From: Gemmatimonadota bacterium
Lineage (GTDB): Bacteria; Gemmatimonadota; Gemmatimonadetes; Gemmatimonadales; GWC2-71-9
Direction: 5' to 3'
Assembly: GCA_039588295.1 (NCBI GenBank)
Contig: JBDHAB010000002.1
Coordinates: 64,001 to 128,000, forward strand
Length of the DNA: 64,000 nucleotides
Shown here: piece after piece, positions 1 to 8,779 of the stretch
Position numbering within the stretch: position 1 is the first letter of the stretch
Layout: each line of letters starts with the position of its first letter
The notes under the pieces: model-generated
Told to the model about the DNA's origin: nothing
The model's input: only the letters and a program-made list of their open reading frames with translations
Database searches by the model: none
Made by a program: the position numbers and the translations under genes

Positions 1-130
1 CGTCGGCTGGAAGCTCGATTCCCTGCTCCCGGGCGATGTCGAGCATGGTCTGCGGGCGCAGGCAGCCGTCCATGTGCACATGGAGCTCCGCCTTGGGAAG
101 ACGACGGATCAGGGCGCGCGTGAGCGTCAT
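1..130 (-). CDS. add: Adenosine deaminase, 5' part only (runs off the window start)
   Basis: Manual translation from ATG at 130: MTLTRALIRRLPKAELHVHMDGCLRPQTMLDIAREQGIELPAD. LPKAELHxHxDG is the adenosine/adenine deaminase N-terminal metal-binding signature. Confidence 0.85.
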   Translation of the reverse strand, partial: MTLTRALIRRLPKAELHVHMDGCLRPQTMLDIAREQGIELPAD

Positions 131-284
131 AGGAGCGCTGCGGAATCGGCGGTCGCCAGCGGCGACGCCAGCACGAGGCGGTCGGAAGCGGCGTACGGGC
201 GGTTCATGGAGTCCCGCAATCTGACGGGGTCTTCGGGGTTCCGCAATTGGCGAGGCCCGGTTCCGGCGTCCCACGCTCTCCCTG

Positions 285-437
285 CTAGGTCCAGCGTGGG
301 TCGGTTCGGGGTGACGACGATCGAGAGGGGCCACAAAGGAACATGAATCCTTTGATGCCCTCCTCATGCCATCGTCTGCGTCGTCGCTCAAGCGACGTGC
401 TTGCCGCCGCTACTGGCCAGCCAACTGATGCGTCCAT
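285..437 (-). pseudogene. Putative frameshifted, truncated 5' remnant of phosphate ABC permease PstC
   Basis: GGGAG precedes ATG at 437; reads MDASVGWPVAAASTSLERRRRRWHEEGIKGFMFLCG, then a one-base shift gives LSIVVT. This resembles PstC N-termini (basic stretch, W..E..I...FLC..SI..T). It lies directly downstream of a phosphate-porin-like gene. Confidence 0.45.
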
Positions 438-476
438 GCGCTCCCGGCGGAATCCGTCGTTGGGCGCTACCTGCTG

Positions 477-1556
477 CTAGAAGTGCAGATACGATTGCAC
501 TTTTAGTGAAATCTCCGTGTCGCCGGTCGCCGGTGTCCAAATGTCGACGTTGACCGCGAGCTTATTGCGACCTGTGAAATACACGACCACGCCGGGCGTG
601 AAGAGCCATCCGTCGTCATCACTCAGGTCGGTGTCGGGATCACCCCAGCTCACCCGGCCCACCGGCTCGACGTACGAGGCAAACGGATTCTCCGCGACGG
701 ACACCTTGTACGTGACGATCCCCTGCGCCGTGAAGAAGTTGCTGGGCCCACTCGCCAACAAGTTTTGCCAGTTGTCCCCCGCAACAACACCCGCCTTTGC
801 GTGCAGACCTTCGGAGTAGTTGCCGATCTCTACGTCGCCACCGAACGCGACGGCGTACTCGTCACCCTGCGCAGGATCGAAGTAGTCATGTACGCCCACG
901 TTCGCCGCGACCTTCACATCGCTCGCGGCCGTAACCTGCACTCGGCCCGTGTAGGACTTCGTGCCGTTCTCGTCGGCCGTGTTCGCGCCGGTTCCGTTGG
1001 TCGCTGAGGCAGCATACGAGAACCGCCCCGATGGGTCCCGGCCGTCGACCTTGATCCCGATGTCGCGGTCGGCGAACTGCAGCTTCTCGGTGAACCGGCT
1101 GAACGAGCACACGCCGCCGGGCCCTGCACATGCGCTCACACCGCGGACGCCCCCGGCACGCTCGATCACGAGGATCTGAGTCGAGCTCGTGAGCTCGAAG
1201 ACGTCGAACGGACGCTTGAACTGACCGATCGTGGCCCGAAAGGTCGGACTGAAGTTGAGCCGTACGTATGCATCCTTGAGCGAAATCTCTCCTTCGCCGA
1301 AGTCCGGCTGGATCTTGCCGCTCACGAAGTCGTTGACCTTGATCTCCGCCGTGAGACGGGCGCGGCGAACGAGGTATTCGGACGACGGTTCGCCGGCCAC
1401 CGACGTGCTGTTGAACTGTGCATGGAGGCGGCCGGTCAAGGTGATCTCCATCGCTTTCGAGTGGATCTCCACCTGACCCGTCGCCGGACGGGCACTTGCC
1501 ATTACCATCAACACGCTCCCCCCCACAAGGACAGAGCGGCACACCACGCTTCGCAT
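477..1556 (-). CDS. Outer-membrane porin, OprO/OprP (phosphate-selective porin) family
   Basis: Signal peptide (ATG-Q), VRRARL, QPDFG, LKDAY, GQFKRPF, ERA and RDIG motifs, amphipathic beta strands, C-terminal YLHF. Confidence 0.75.
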   Translation of the reverse strand: MRSVVCRSVLVGGSVLMVMASARPATGQVEIHSKAMEITLTGRLHAQFNSTSVAGEPSSEYLVRRARLTAEIKVNDFVSGKIQPDFGEGEISLKDAYVRLNFSPTFRATIGQFKRPFDVFELTSSTQILVIERAGGVRGVSACAGPGGVCSFSRFTEKLQFADRDIGIKVDGRDPSGRFSYAASATNGTGANTADENGTKSYTGRVQVTAASDVKVAANVGVHDYFDPAQGDEYAVAFGGDVEIGNYSEGLHAKAGVVAGDNWQNLLASGPSNFFTAQGIVTYKVSVAENPFASYVEPVGRVSWGDPDTDLSDDDGWLFTPGVVVYFTGRNKLAVNVDIWTPATGDTEISLKVQSYLHF

Positions 1557-1761
1557 TCGTCATCCCCCTAGGTGTTTTCGGTTGCCGTACGCCGTTGTCG
1601 CCTGAGCGAGGATCTTGGGACAGGTCATGACGGCTGAGTCGGCACCTTCGAGCTCGGCGGTGATCTGTAAACGTATCCGACGCTCGTGAAGCTACTAGGC
1701 CACGCGCTTCGGCTCGCTGGTCGAGACGGACGGACCGTTCGCGGTCGCGAGCACTACGCTG

Positions 1762-2547
1762 CTACTGCCAGCGATCGCCGCTGAAATCCCGGAATACGAC
1801 CCGTGGGCGGCGCAGGATTCGCCGGTGCGCCTCCACCAGCTCCTCCTGCGCAAACACCTTGATGAGCGCCGCGCCGGCGACAAACCCACCGAGATGGGCC
1901 ATGAACGCCACCCCGCCACCCGAGCCCCCACCGCCCACCATCGGCACACTCCCCAAGAGCTGCAGCAACCCCCAGTAGGCAAGCATGAAGTACGCGGGCA
2001 CCGCCACCGTCGTGACGAAGAAGCCCAAGAACACCAGGAGATGCACCCGGACCTTGGGATAGAGAATCAGATAGGCCCCCATGACGCCGCTGATGGCCCC
2101 GGACGCCCCGACCATGGGCACGGCGGAGCTGGGGCTCACCATCACCTGTGCCGCGGCTGCCAGGACGCCACAGACGACGTAGAAGAGGAGGAAGCGACCC
2201 CGTCCCATCGAGTCTTCCACGTTGTTTCCGAAGATCCACAGGAACCACATGTTGCCGATGAGATGGAGCCAGCCTCCGTGGAGAAACATCGAGCTCAGGA
2301 CCGTATGCCAGTTTCCCCCGGCGTCCAGCCGACAGCCCACCCCGGCACCGACAGGAATCGTCGTCCCCGAGGACACCCGACCCATGACCTCCCCGGGGAT
2401 GAGGCCCAGCTCGCACACCGACCGCGCCAACGATGCGGGCGCGCCGGCACCTTGCACGGCCACCCACACCAAACTCGTCACGACGATCAGCACGATCGTG
2501 ATGACCGGCGTGCGCAGGGTTGGATTGTCATCCTTATAGGGAAACAT
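1762..2547 (-). CDS. Rhomboid family intramembrane serine protease
   Basis: MFLHGGWLHLIGNMWFL, GASGAISG (catalytic Ser), AHLGGF (catalytic His); multiple TM helices. Confidence 0.93.
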   Translation of the reverse strand: MFPYKDDNPTLRTPVITIVLIVVTSLVWVAVQGAGAPASLARSVCELGLIPGEVMGRVSSGTTIPVGAGVGCRLDAGGNWHTVLSSMFLHGGWLHLIGNMWFLWIFGNNVEDSMGRGRFLLFYVVCGVLAAAAQVMVSPSSAVPMVGASGAISGVMGAYLILYPKVRVHLLVFLGFFVTTVAVPAYFMLAYWGLLQLLGSVPMVGGGGSGGGVAFMAHLGGFVAGAALIKVFAQEELVEAHRRILRRPRVVFRDFSGDRWQ

Positions 2548-2641
2548 CGCAATCCGTCACAGACTCTGTAACCTCAAACCCCACAACGACATACAAGATG
2601 ACACCGGCCGCCTATGCGTCTGCCGTTTTGGCGCATATCGC

Positions 2642-2656
2642 TGGTATGGGCCTTGC
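2642..2656 (+). promoter_or_regulatory. Candidate sigma54 (-24/-12) promoter for dnaK
   Basis: TGGTAT-GGGCC-TTGC matches TGGCAC-N5-TTGC spacing with invariant GG and GC; 57 nt upstream of the dnaK ATG. Confidence 0.6.
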
Positions 2657-2713
2657 GCAAGCGACCATCGGCACGGCGTACGTATCTAAACTCCTACGAC
2701 GAGGAAAGGTCCG

Positions 2714-4633
2714 ATGGCTGAAAAGGTAATCGGGATCGACTTGGGCACCACAAATTCGGTGGTCGCGGTCATGGAGGGTGGTGACCCGGTCGTGATCCCC
2801 AACTCAGAAGGCGGTCGCACGACCCCGTCCGTCGTGGCGTTCACGAAGGACGGTGAGCGCCTCGTCGGGCAGGTCGCAAAGCGACAGGCCATCACCAACC
2901 CGAAGAACACGGTCTTTTCGATCAAGCGGTTCATGGGCCGGCGGATCGGCGAAGTCTCCAGCGAGATGAGAGAGGTCCCGTACAAGGTCGTCGCGGCCCA
3001 GAACGATCTCGCCGCTGTGGAGGTCCAGGACAAGCGCTACACGCCGCCTGAGATCTCCGCGATGATCCTGCAGAAGATGCGCCAGACCGCGGAGGACTAC
3101 CTCGGGCATTCGGTCCAGAAGGCCGTCGTGACGGTCCCGGCGTACTTCAACGACTCTCAACGCCAGGCCACCAAGGACGCCGGTAAGATCGCGGGTCTCG
3201 ACGTCTTGCGGATCATCAACGAGCCGACCGCCGCCGCACTGGCGTACGGCCTGGACAAGAAGCAGGAAGAGAAGATCGCGGTCTTCGACCTCGGTGGTGG
3301 AACGTACGACATCTCCGTTCTCGAGCTGGCCGAAGGCGTCTTCGAGGTGAAGGCCACCAATGGTGACACGCACCTTGGCGGGGACGACTTCGATCAGCGG
3401 GTGATCGAGTGGCTGGTCGAAGAGTTCAAGAAGGACCAAGGCATCGATCTCTCCAAAGACGCCATGGCGTTGCAGCGGCTCAAGGAGGCCGCGGAGAAAG
3501 CCAAGATGGAGCTGTCCAGCCGGGCGCAGACCGACATCAACCTGCCGTTCATCACGGCGGACCAGTCCGGTCCGAAGCATTTCAACCTGACACTGACCCG
3601 GGCCAAGTTCGAGCAGTTGGTGGACGATCTCTTCCAGCGGACCATCGCACCGATGCAGAAGGCGCTGGCGGATGCCAATCTGAAGCCCGGTGACATCGAC
3701 GAGGTCATCCTGGTTGGTGGCTCGACCCGAATTCCCAAGGTGCAGGACATCGTCAAGGACTTCTTTGGCAAGGACCCGCACAAGGGTGTGAACCCCGACG
3801 AGGTTGTCGGTATCGGCGCGGCCATTCAGGGTGGTGTGTTGGCGGGGGAGGTGAAGGACGTCCTCCTGCTCGACGTCACCCCGTTGTCGTTGGGGATCGA
3901 GACGCTGGGCGGCGTCACGACCGTTCTCATTCAGCGGAACACGACGATCCCGACGAAGAAGTCCGAGATCTTCTCGACGGCCGAGGACAACCAGACCACG
4001 GTCGAGATCCACGTGCTCCAGGGCGAGCGGCAGATGGCGATCGACAACCGCACGATCGGCCGCTTCCAGTTGACGGGCATCCCACCCGCGCCGCGTGGCA
4101 TTCCGCAGGTCGAGGTCACGTTCGACATCGACGCGAACGGCATCCTTCACGTGTCGGCCAAGGACAAGGCCACCGGGAAGGAGCAGAAGATCCGCATCGA
4201 AGCCTCGAGCGGACTGTCCGACTCCGAGATCGATCGGATGGTCGGAGACGCGGAGCAACATGCGTCCGACGACAAGGCACGCCGCGAGGAGATCGACAAC
4301 CGCAACCGGCTCGACTCGATGGTCTACCAGATCGAGAAGGAGTCGAAGGACTGGGTCGATCGGCTCGATCAGTCCAACAAAGACCGGCTCGACAGCGCGA
4401 TTGAGAAGGCAAAGCAGGCGCTGCGCTCCGGTGCCGCGGACGACATCAAGACGGCTCTCGAGGAACTGAATCAGGCGTACTCGGCCGCCGGTGCCTCGTT
4501 GTACCAGGCCGCACAGGCCCAGGAGCAGTCGGAGCCCACGGCCGAGGCGGCGGAAGGCGAAGCGGCATCCGCCGAGGGTCAGGAAGAGGTCGTTGAGGCC
4601 GACTACGAGATCGTCGACGACTCGAAATCGTAG
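2714..4633 (+). CDS. dnaK: Chaperone DnaK (Hsp70)
   Basis: [34 protein letters not shown] and EADYEIVDD tail; GAGGAAAGG RBS. Confidence 0.99.
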   Translation: MAEKVIGIDLGTTNSVVAVMEGGDPVVIPNSEGGRTTPSVVAFTKDGERLVGQVAKRQAITNPKNTVFSIKRFMGRRIGEVSSEMREVPYKVVAAQNDLAAVEVQDKRYTPPEISAMILQKMRQTAEDYLGHSVQKAVVTVPAYFNDSQRQATKDAGKIAGLDVLRIINEPTAAALAYGLDKKQEEKIAVFDLGGGTYDISVLELAEGVFEVKATNGDTHLGGDDFDQRVIEWLVEEFKKDQGIDLSKDAMALQRLKEAAEKAKMELSSRAQTDINLPFITADQSGPKHFNLTLTRAKFEQLVDDLFQRTIAPMQKALADANLKPGDIDEVILVGGSTRIPKVQDIVKDFFGKDPHKGVNPDEVVGIGAAIQGGVLAGEVKDVLLLDVTPLSLGIETLGGVTTVLIQRNTTIPTKKSEIFSTAEDNQTTVEIHVLQGERQMAIDNRTIGRFQLTGIPPAPRGIPQVEVTFDIDANGILHVSAKDKATGKEQKIRIEASSGLSDSEIDRMVGDAEQHASDDKARREEIDNRNRLDSMVYQIEKESKDWVDRLDQSNKDRLDSAIEKAKQALRSGAADDIKTALEELNQAYSAAGASLYQAAQAQEQSEPTAEAAEGEAASAEGQEEVVEADYEIVDDSKS

Positions 4634-4658
4634 CGGCGCGCATCAACGAGGCAGGCGA

Positions 4659-4687
4659 ACGGGGGGCGTGGAAACACGTGCCCCCGT
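4659..4687 (+). terminator. GC-rich hairpin after dnaK (no U-tract)
   Basis: ACGGGGGGCGTG-GAAA-CACGTGCCCCCGT inverted repeat with a GNRA loop. Confidence 0.5.
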
Positions 4688-4757
4688 CCGGGGTTACAGG
4701 TAAGGCAGCGGTTCAGTTCTCTGTGCAACAGATCGAAGACGAGGTAAAGAAAGCGAC

Positions 4758-6332
4758 ATGTCCCGTACCCGAGAGTGGGTCAAGTTCGGAACGCTGGTCG
4801 GCGTCACGCTCGCGCTCGCCGTCGCGTTCATTGTTGTCATCGATGTGCCCGAACGGTCGCTGGCCCAGCAGCCGGCGGCCCAGGTGTTGCGAACTCGGCC
4901 TGCACCCGTGCAGCCCGCACAGCCGGTCGTGGACCTGGGTGGCGCCTTTGTAGCGGTCGCCGAAGCCGTCAGGCCAGCGGTCGTGTACATCAGAGCCGAG
5001 CGTCGCGTCGAGGAACGTTCGTCGCGGCAGCGCCAGGAGGTGCCTTCGCCGTTCGACCGGTTCTTCGACTTTCCGAATCGCGAAGACATTCAGCCGCAAC
5101 CGCCGCGCGGGCAGGGCAGCGGTTTCATCATTTCGCCCGACGGCTACGTCATGACCAACAACCACGTCGTGGAGGGCTTCGACCGTTTGACGGTGCGGCT
5201 CTTCGATCGACGCGAGTTCACGGCCCGGGTGGTGGGCCGCGATCCGCTCACGGACATCGCCGTCATCAAGATCGACGCGGAAGATCTGCCTGCGATGGCG
5301 TTGGGTAACTCCGACGCGGTCCAGGTGGGTGAGTGGGTGCTCGCAATCGGCAGTCCGCTTGGCGAGGACTTCCCGTTCACCGTGACCGCCGGCATCGTGA
5401 GCGGGCGGGGTCGACGGCTGCAGCTCAACAGCTCCCCCTTGGCGATCTCGGACTTCATTCAGACCGACGCGGCCATCAACCCGGGCAACTCGGGCGGCCC
5501 GCTCGTCAACGCGAGCGGTCAGGTGATCGGCGTCAACTCGGCCATCGCGAGCCGCACCGGCGTGTACGCCGGATACAGCTTTGCGATTCCGATCAATCTC
5601 GCGCGGACCGTCGGTGAGCAGATCATCGAGGACGGGACGGTAACGCGTGCCGCGCTCGGTGTGGAGGTAAGAGACGCCGGGCCGGAGGACGCAGAGTACG
5701 TGGGACTGGATGAAGTGCGCGGCGTGGTGGTGAGCGGCATTCCAAACGACGACAGTCCGGCGAAGCGCGCCGGCATTGAGCCTGGTGACGTCATCATCGA
5801 AGTCGATGGAGAACGCGCGGACTACACCGCGCAATTACAGCAGATTGTGGGCTTCAAGCGGCCGGGCGATCAGGCCCGCGTCACGGTCATGCGGCGGGGT
5901 GCCGAGCGGCGCACGTTCACCGTGCGGCTCATGGCCGCCGGGAATGCCGAACAGCCACGTGTTGCACGAGCCGATCGCGACGACGCGCCCGAAGACGTCT
6001 CCTACGACGACAAACTCGGTCTCCGGCTGGAAGCGATGAGCGCACGTATGGTGCGTGACGCCCGCATCGATTCCGAGAGCCGCGGGCTCATCGTGACGGC
6101 CGTCGATCCGAACGGTCCGGCGCGGAACAGGATCTTCCCACCGGTCACCCAACGCGGCTGGCTCGATATCATCACGCATGTCAACGGGGAACGTGTGCAA
6201 ACGGAGGCCGAATTCGACGAGGCCGTGCGAACGGTGCAGCCGAATGAGGTCGTCTCCCTGCGGGTGTACTCCCTGCGCGGAGAGACCGGACAGTCGAGAA
6301 TCGTCCGACTCCGTGCAGGAGGCGAGCGCTAA
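4758..6332 (+). CDS. degP: DegP/HtrA (Do family) periplasmic serine protease with two PDZ domains
   Basis: GSGFII, TNNHVV (His), DIAVIK (Asp), TDAAINPGNSGG (Ser), N-terminal TM/signal, C-terminal PDZ-like segments. Confidence 0.93.
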   Translation: MSRTREWVKFGTLVGVTLALAVAFIVVIDVPERSLAQQPAAQVLRTRPAPVQPAQPVVDLGGAFVAVAEAVRPAVVYIRAERRVEERSSRQRQEVPSPFDRFFDFPNREDIQPQPPRGQGSGFIISPDGYVMTNNHVVEGFDRLTVRLFDRREFTARVVGRDPLTDIAVIKIDAEDLPAMALGNSDAVQVGEWVLAIGSPLGEDFPFTVTAGIVSGRGRRLQLNSSPLAISDFIQTDAAINPGNSGGPLVNASGQVIGVNSAIASRTGVYAGYSFAIPINLARTVGEQIIEDGTVTRAALGVEVRDAGPEDAEYVGLDEVRGVVVSGIPNDDSPAKRAGIEPGDVIIEVDGERADYTAQLQQIVGFKRPGDQARVTVMRRGAERRTFTVRLMAAGNAEQPRVARADRDDAPEDVSYDDKLGLRLEAMSARMVRDARIDSESRGLIVTAVDPNGPARNRIFPPVTQRGWLDIITHVNGERVQTEAEFDEAVRTVQPNEVVSLRVYSLRGETGQSRIVRLRAGGER

Positions 6333-6385
6333 GCGCGTCGCCTCACCATAGCGACCGGAGCGCGAGCTCCGGCGTGTACATAGAT

Positions 6386-6425
6386 GGAACGGGTGTGCTG
6401 GCCGACCGGCCGACGCACCCGTTCC
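6386..6425 (+). terminator. Long hairpin downstream of degP
   Basis: GGAACGGGTGTG...GGCC-GACC-GGCC...CGCACCCGTTCC inverted repeat followed by a pyrimidine-rich repeat; a second hairpin CCGGAGC-GCGA-GCTCCGG lies at 6355-6372. Confidence 0.55.
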
Positions 6426-6468
6426 CTTATCCCTTATCCCTTATCCCTTATCCCTTATCCCTTATCCC
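6424..6468. repeat. Perfect heptamer tandem repeat (CCCTTAT)x6 plus CCC
   Basis: Read directly from the sequence. Confidence 0.97.
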
Positions 6469-6529
6469 AGTCTATCGCACAACGAGGTCCCACGCGATCT
6501 TTGGGGCGGGTACAGACGACACAACTCCG

Positions 6530-7042
6530 ATGAGACAAGCCCGCAGCCTCCTGTATGTCCTCGTTGTGGTCACCTGGGTGCTCGCACCAACGAACGCGCA
6601 CGCACAGCAACCGCTGGTGAGCAGCACGCTGTCACGTGGTACCATCGTCAGAATCCACCTCAGAGACGGAGAACTGCACCGCGGCCGCCTCGTAGCACCG
6701 TTCGCGCCGGACTCCACAGCGCTCCGCTACTGCCCGTACCCTGCCGCACCATGCACGCTGGGCGACCCGCGACGCACGACCGTGCCGGCTTTCAACATCA
6801 TCGGTATCGATCGTCACGCGGGGAGTAATGGAAGCCGCGGAGCGCTGGTGGGGTTCCTCGCAGGATTGGGAACGAGCCTCGCCGTTCATCTGGCCGACGG
6901 AGAGCTTCCCAATTTCAGCGACCCGATAAGCACCGGACTCACGGTGTCGAGCTCAGGGATAGGAGCGCTGATCGGACTCATGATCGGAGGAGGTCAACAC
7001 CGCTGGGTACCGCTCACCCCGAGGGCACCGTCAGACCCGTGA
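6530..7042 (+). CDS. Hypothetical secreted/membrane protein with C-terminal glycine-zipper helices
   Basis: ATG 6530 gives a signal peptide (AHA-Q), an Sm-like VRIHLRDG..RGRL segment and GALVG/GALIG hydrophobic helices. Confidence 0.7.
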   Translation: MRQARSLLYVLVVVTWVLAPTNAHAQQPLVSSTLSRGTIVRIHLRDGELHRGRLVAPFAPDSTALRYCPYPAAPCTLGDPRRTTVPAFNIIGIDRHAGSNGSRGALVGFLAGLGTSLAVHLADGELPNFSDPISTGLTVSSSGIGALIGLMIGGGQHRWVPLTPRAPSDP

Positions 7043-7072
7043 ACTCGGTCGGCCACAGCGCGCTCGCCCCTC

Positions 7073-8779
7073 TCACTTCATCTCGTCCCTCATTGCCCTC
7101 CGTAGCAACGCGAGCGGGAGGCTTCCCTGCTCCAGCAGTGTCTCATGAAACCGTTTGTCGTCGAATCGCTCTCCGAGTTCGGCCTGCAGCTCCGCCTTGC
7201 GTCGTTCGATCTCGAGCCACCCGATGATGTAGCTGGGCGCCTGCGTCGGCCACGTGGTGTAACGGTTCACCTCTGCTTCCGCTGCCGACCGCGTGAGCCC
7301 CACTTCGTCGACAAAGAACCGCACCGCTTCCTCGTAGCTCATTCGACCGGTGTGCAGTGATGGATCGATGATCACCCGCGCGGTGCGCCAGAGCCGCATC
7401 TGCAGTTGCGCGAGCTTCTGGTCATCGGTCGTGAACAACCCGGCACGACGCATCCAGTGCTCGGCGTAGAGCGCCCACCCCTCTCCATAGTAGGTGCTCG
7501 AGAAACGGCGTCGCAGCAGGCGCGGATTGCGGCGTGCATACACGGTCTGCAAGTGGTGACCGGGATACCCCTCATGCAGCGCGATCACGCTGATCCACCC
7601 GTAGCTCTGAGCCCGCAGCTTGTCGTCCACCTCTTGCGGTGTCATTCCCGGTGTGACGTCGGTGGCGAAGAAGCGGCCGTACATCACGCTATCGCGCTCA
7701 CGGATCCCGCCGTAGCCACCCCACGCGTACGTCTCCCGCAGCGCCGGTGGGGTCGGCACGTACAGCAATTCCTGACACGGTGGGATGCGGATCAGGTCGT
7801 GCTGGATCAGGAACCCGAGCACATGCAATGAGGCTCGGCGGTAGGCCGCGATGATCTCTCCCGGCTCGGGGTGGCGGCCCTGCATCTCGTCCACCAATTG
7901 CCGCCAGCTCTTGGCGGAGTCGATCGTCGCTGCCAGTGAATCGAGTGCACGCTTGGTCTGCTCGTGGATTCGGTATCCCTCGGCGATCATCGTCTCCGCG
8001 GTGTACGGGAGAAAGTGCACCTCGCGAAGCAGCCAATCGTAGTAGCTCGCACCGACGGCCCAGGAGGTCTCGCCGCCCGACGACACGGTGTCACGCAGGA
8101 ATGCCGCATAGGCGGCGAGTGCCTCACGAGCAACAGCACCGGCCTCCAATAATCGCTCCCGCACTCCATCCGGCGCCCGTGCGGCGCGCTCGACGAATTC
8201 GCCGGCGAGGAACCCCACCGATCCATCGATGGTGGATTCGGCGAGCGCGATCCAGAGGGGGGGAGGATCCACCAGACGATCGCGTCCGAGCGCCAAAGCA
8301 CGTGGAGCACGCTCCAGTGTCTCCACCGCCCATTCCCAGTCCTCCTCGCTCGGCTCCTCGTCTCCACCCACCCGCCAGTAGAGATCGCCAAGGGTCACGT
8401 ACCGTCTCGGTACCCGCTCGGGGGTCCGTAAGACGCTGTCGGCCAACGTGCGCTTGGCACGTGACTCGACTAACAGCCAATCCACGCGCTGCGTATTCGT
8501 GAGCCCGACGGTGTCGATGAGCCGCAACTCGCGGAGCACATCGCGCGCCGCTTGCAACGCCCTCCGCTCGGCGTCGGGACGCAGCCGGGTGAGCGGGTCG
8601 TCTGATTCGTCGTCCGGGCGGAAATCTCCCTCCAGGTAACGCAACGTGAACCGTTCGAAACGGGCCGAATCGCCTGTCTCCGGCGCAAGAGCGGCCGGGC
8701 TTCCGGGTGCACATGCGGCAACCAGCAACACGACCGCGAGAGCTGGCGCCGTGGACCTCACGCGTGACCCAGCGTTCAT
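7073..8779 (-). CDS. DUF885 family lipoprotein (putative zinc metallopeptidase)
   Basis: Lipobox VAAC; HEGYPGHHLQ, EGWALYAE, LWRTARVIIDPSLH, EVNRY...PTQAPSY. Start overlaps the ctaB stop (ATGA). Confidence 0.9.
   Translation of the reverse strand: MNAGSRVRSTAPALAVVLLVAACAPGSPAALAPETGDSARFERFTLRYLEGDFRPDDESDDPLTRLRPDAERRALQAARDVLRELRLIDTVGLTNTQRVDWLLVESRAKRTLADSVLRTPERVPRRYVTLGDLYWRVGGDEEPSEEDWEWAVETLERAPRALALGRDRLVDPPPLWIALAESTIDGSVGFLAGEFVERAARAPDGVRERLLEAGAVAREALAAYAAFLRDTVSSGGETSWAVGASYYDWLLREVHFLPYTAETMIAEGYRIHEQTKRALDSLAATIDSAKSWRQLVDEMQGRHPEPGEIIAAYRRASLHVLGFLIQHDLIRIPPCQELLYVPTPPALRETYAWGGYGGIRERDSVMYGRFFATDVTPGMTPQEVDDKLRAQSYGWISVIALHEGYPGHHLQTVYARRNPRLLRRRFSSTYYGEGWALYAEHWMRRAGLFTTDDQKLAQLQMRLWRTARVIIDPSLHTGRMSYEEAVRFFVDEVGLTRSAAEAEVNRYTTWPTQAPSYIIGWLEIERRKAELQAELGERFDDKRFHETLLEQGSLPLALLRRAMRDEMK

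Noticed and set aside
127..336. 69-aa minus-strand ORF, or a purine riboswitch upstream of adenosine deaminase
   Set aside because: The ORF is better explained as the shifted frame of the pstC-like remnant. Hairpins are present, but I could not recognise any purine-riboswitch core.
1617..1634. Possible Pho box upstream of the porin (minus strand CCGTCAT-GAC-CTGTCCC)
   Set aside because: The half-site period is 10 nt rather than the canonical 11 and the spacer is not AT-rich; too weak to call.
2804..4261. 485-aa ORF antisense to dnaK, and similar long antisense or alternate-frame ORFs (4713-5834, 21584-23587, 26997-28241, 30509-31864, 36176-37330, 62647-63696)
   Set aside because: Shadow ORFs expected from high GC3 codon bias; they fully overlap well-supported genes and show no family motifs.
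6424..6468. CRISPR array or telomere-like repeat
   Set aside because: There are no spacers and no cas genes; the unit is a 7-mer ATAAGGG, not TTAGGG, and it lies internally.
6374..6529. N-terminal extension of the hypothetical ORF containing PYPLSLI repeats
   Set aside because: It is only the translation of the hairpin and heptamer repeat; the signal peptide begins at ATG 6530.
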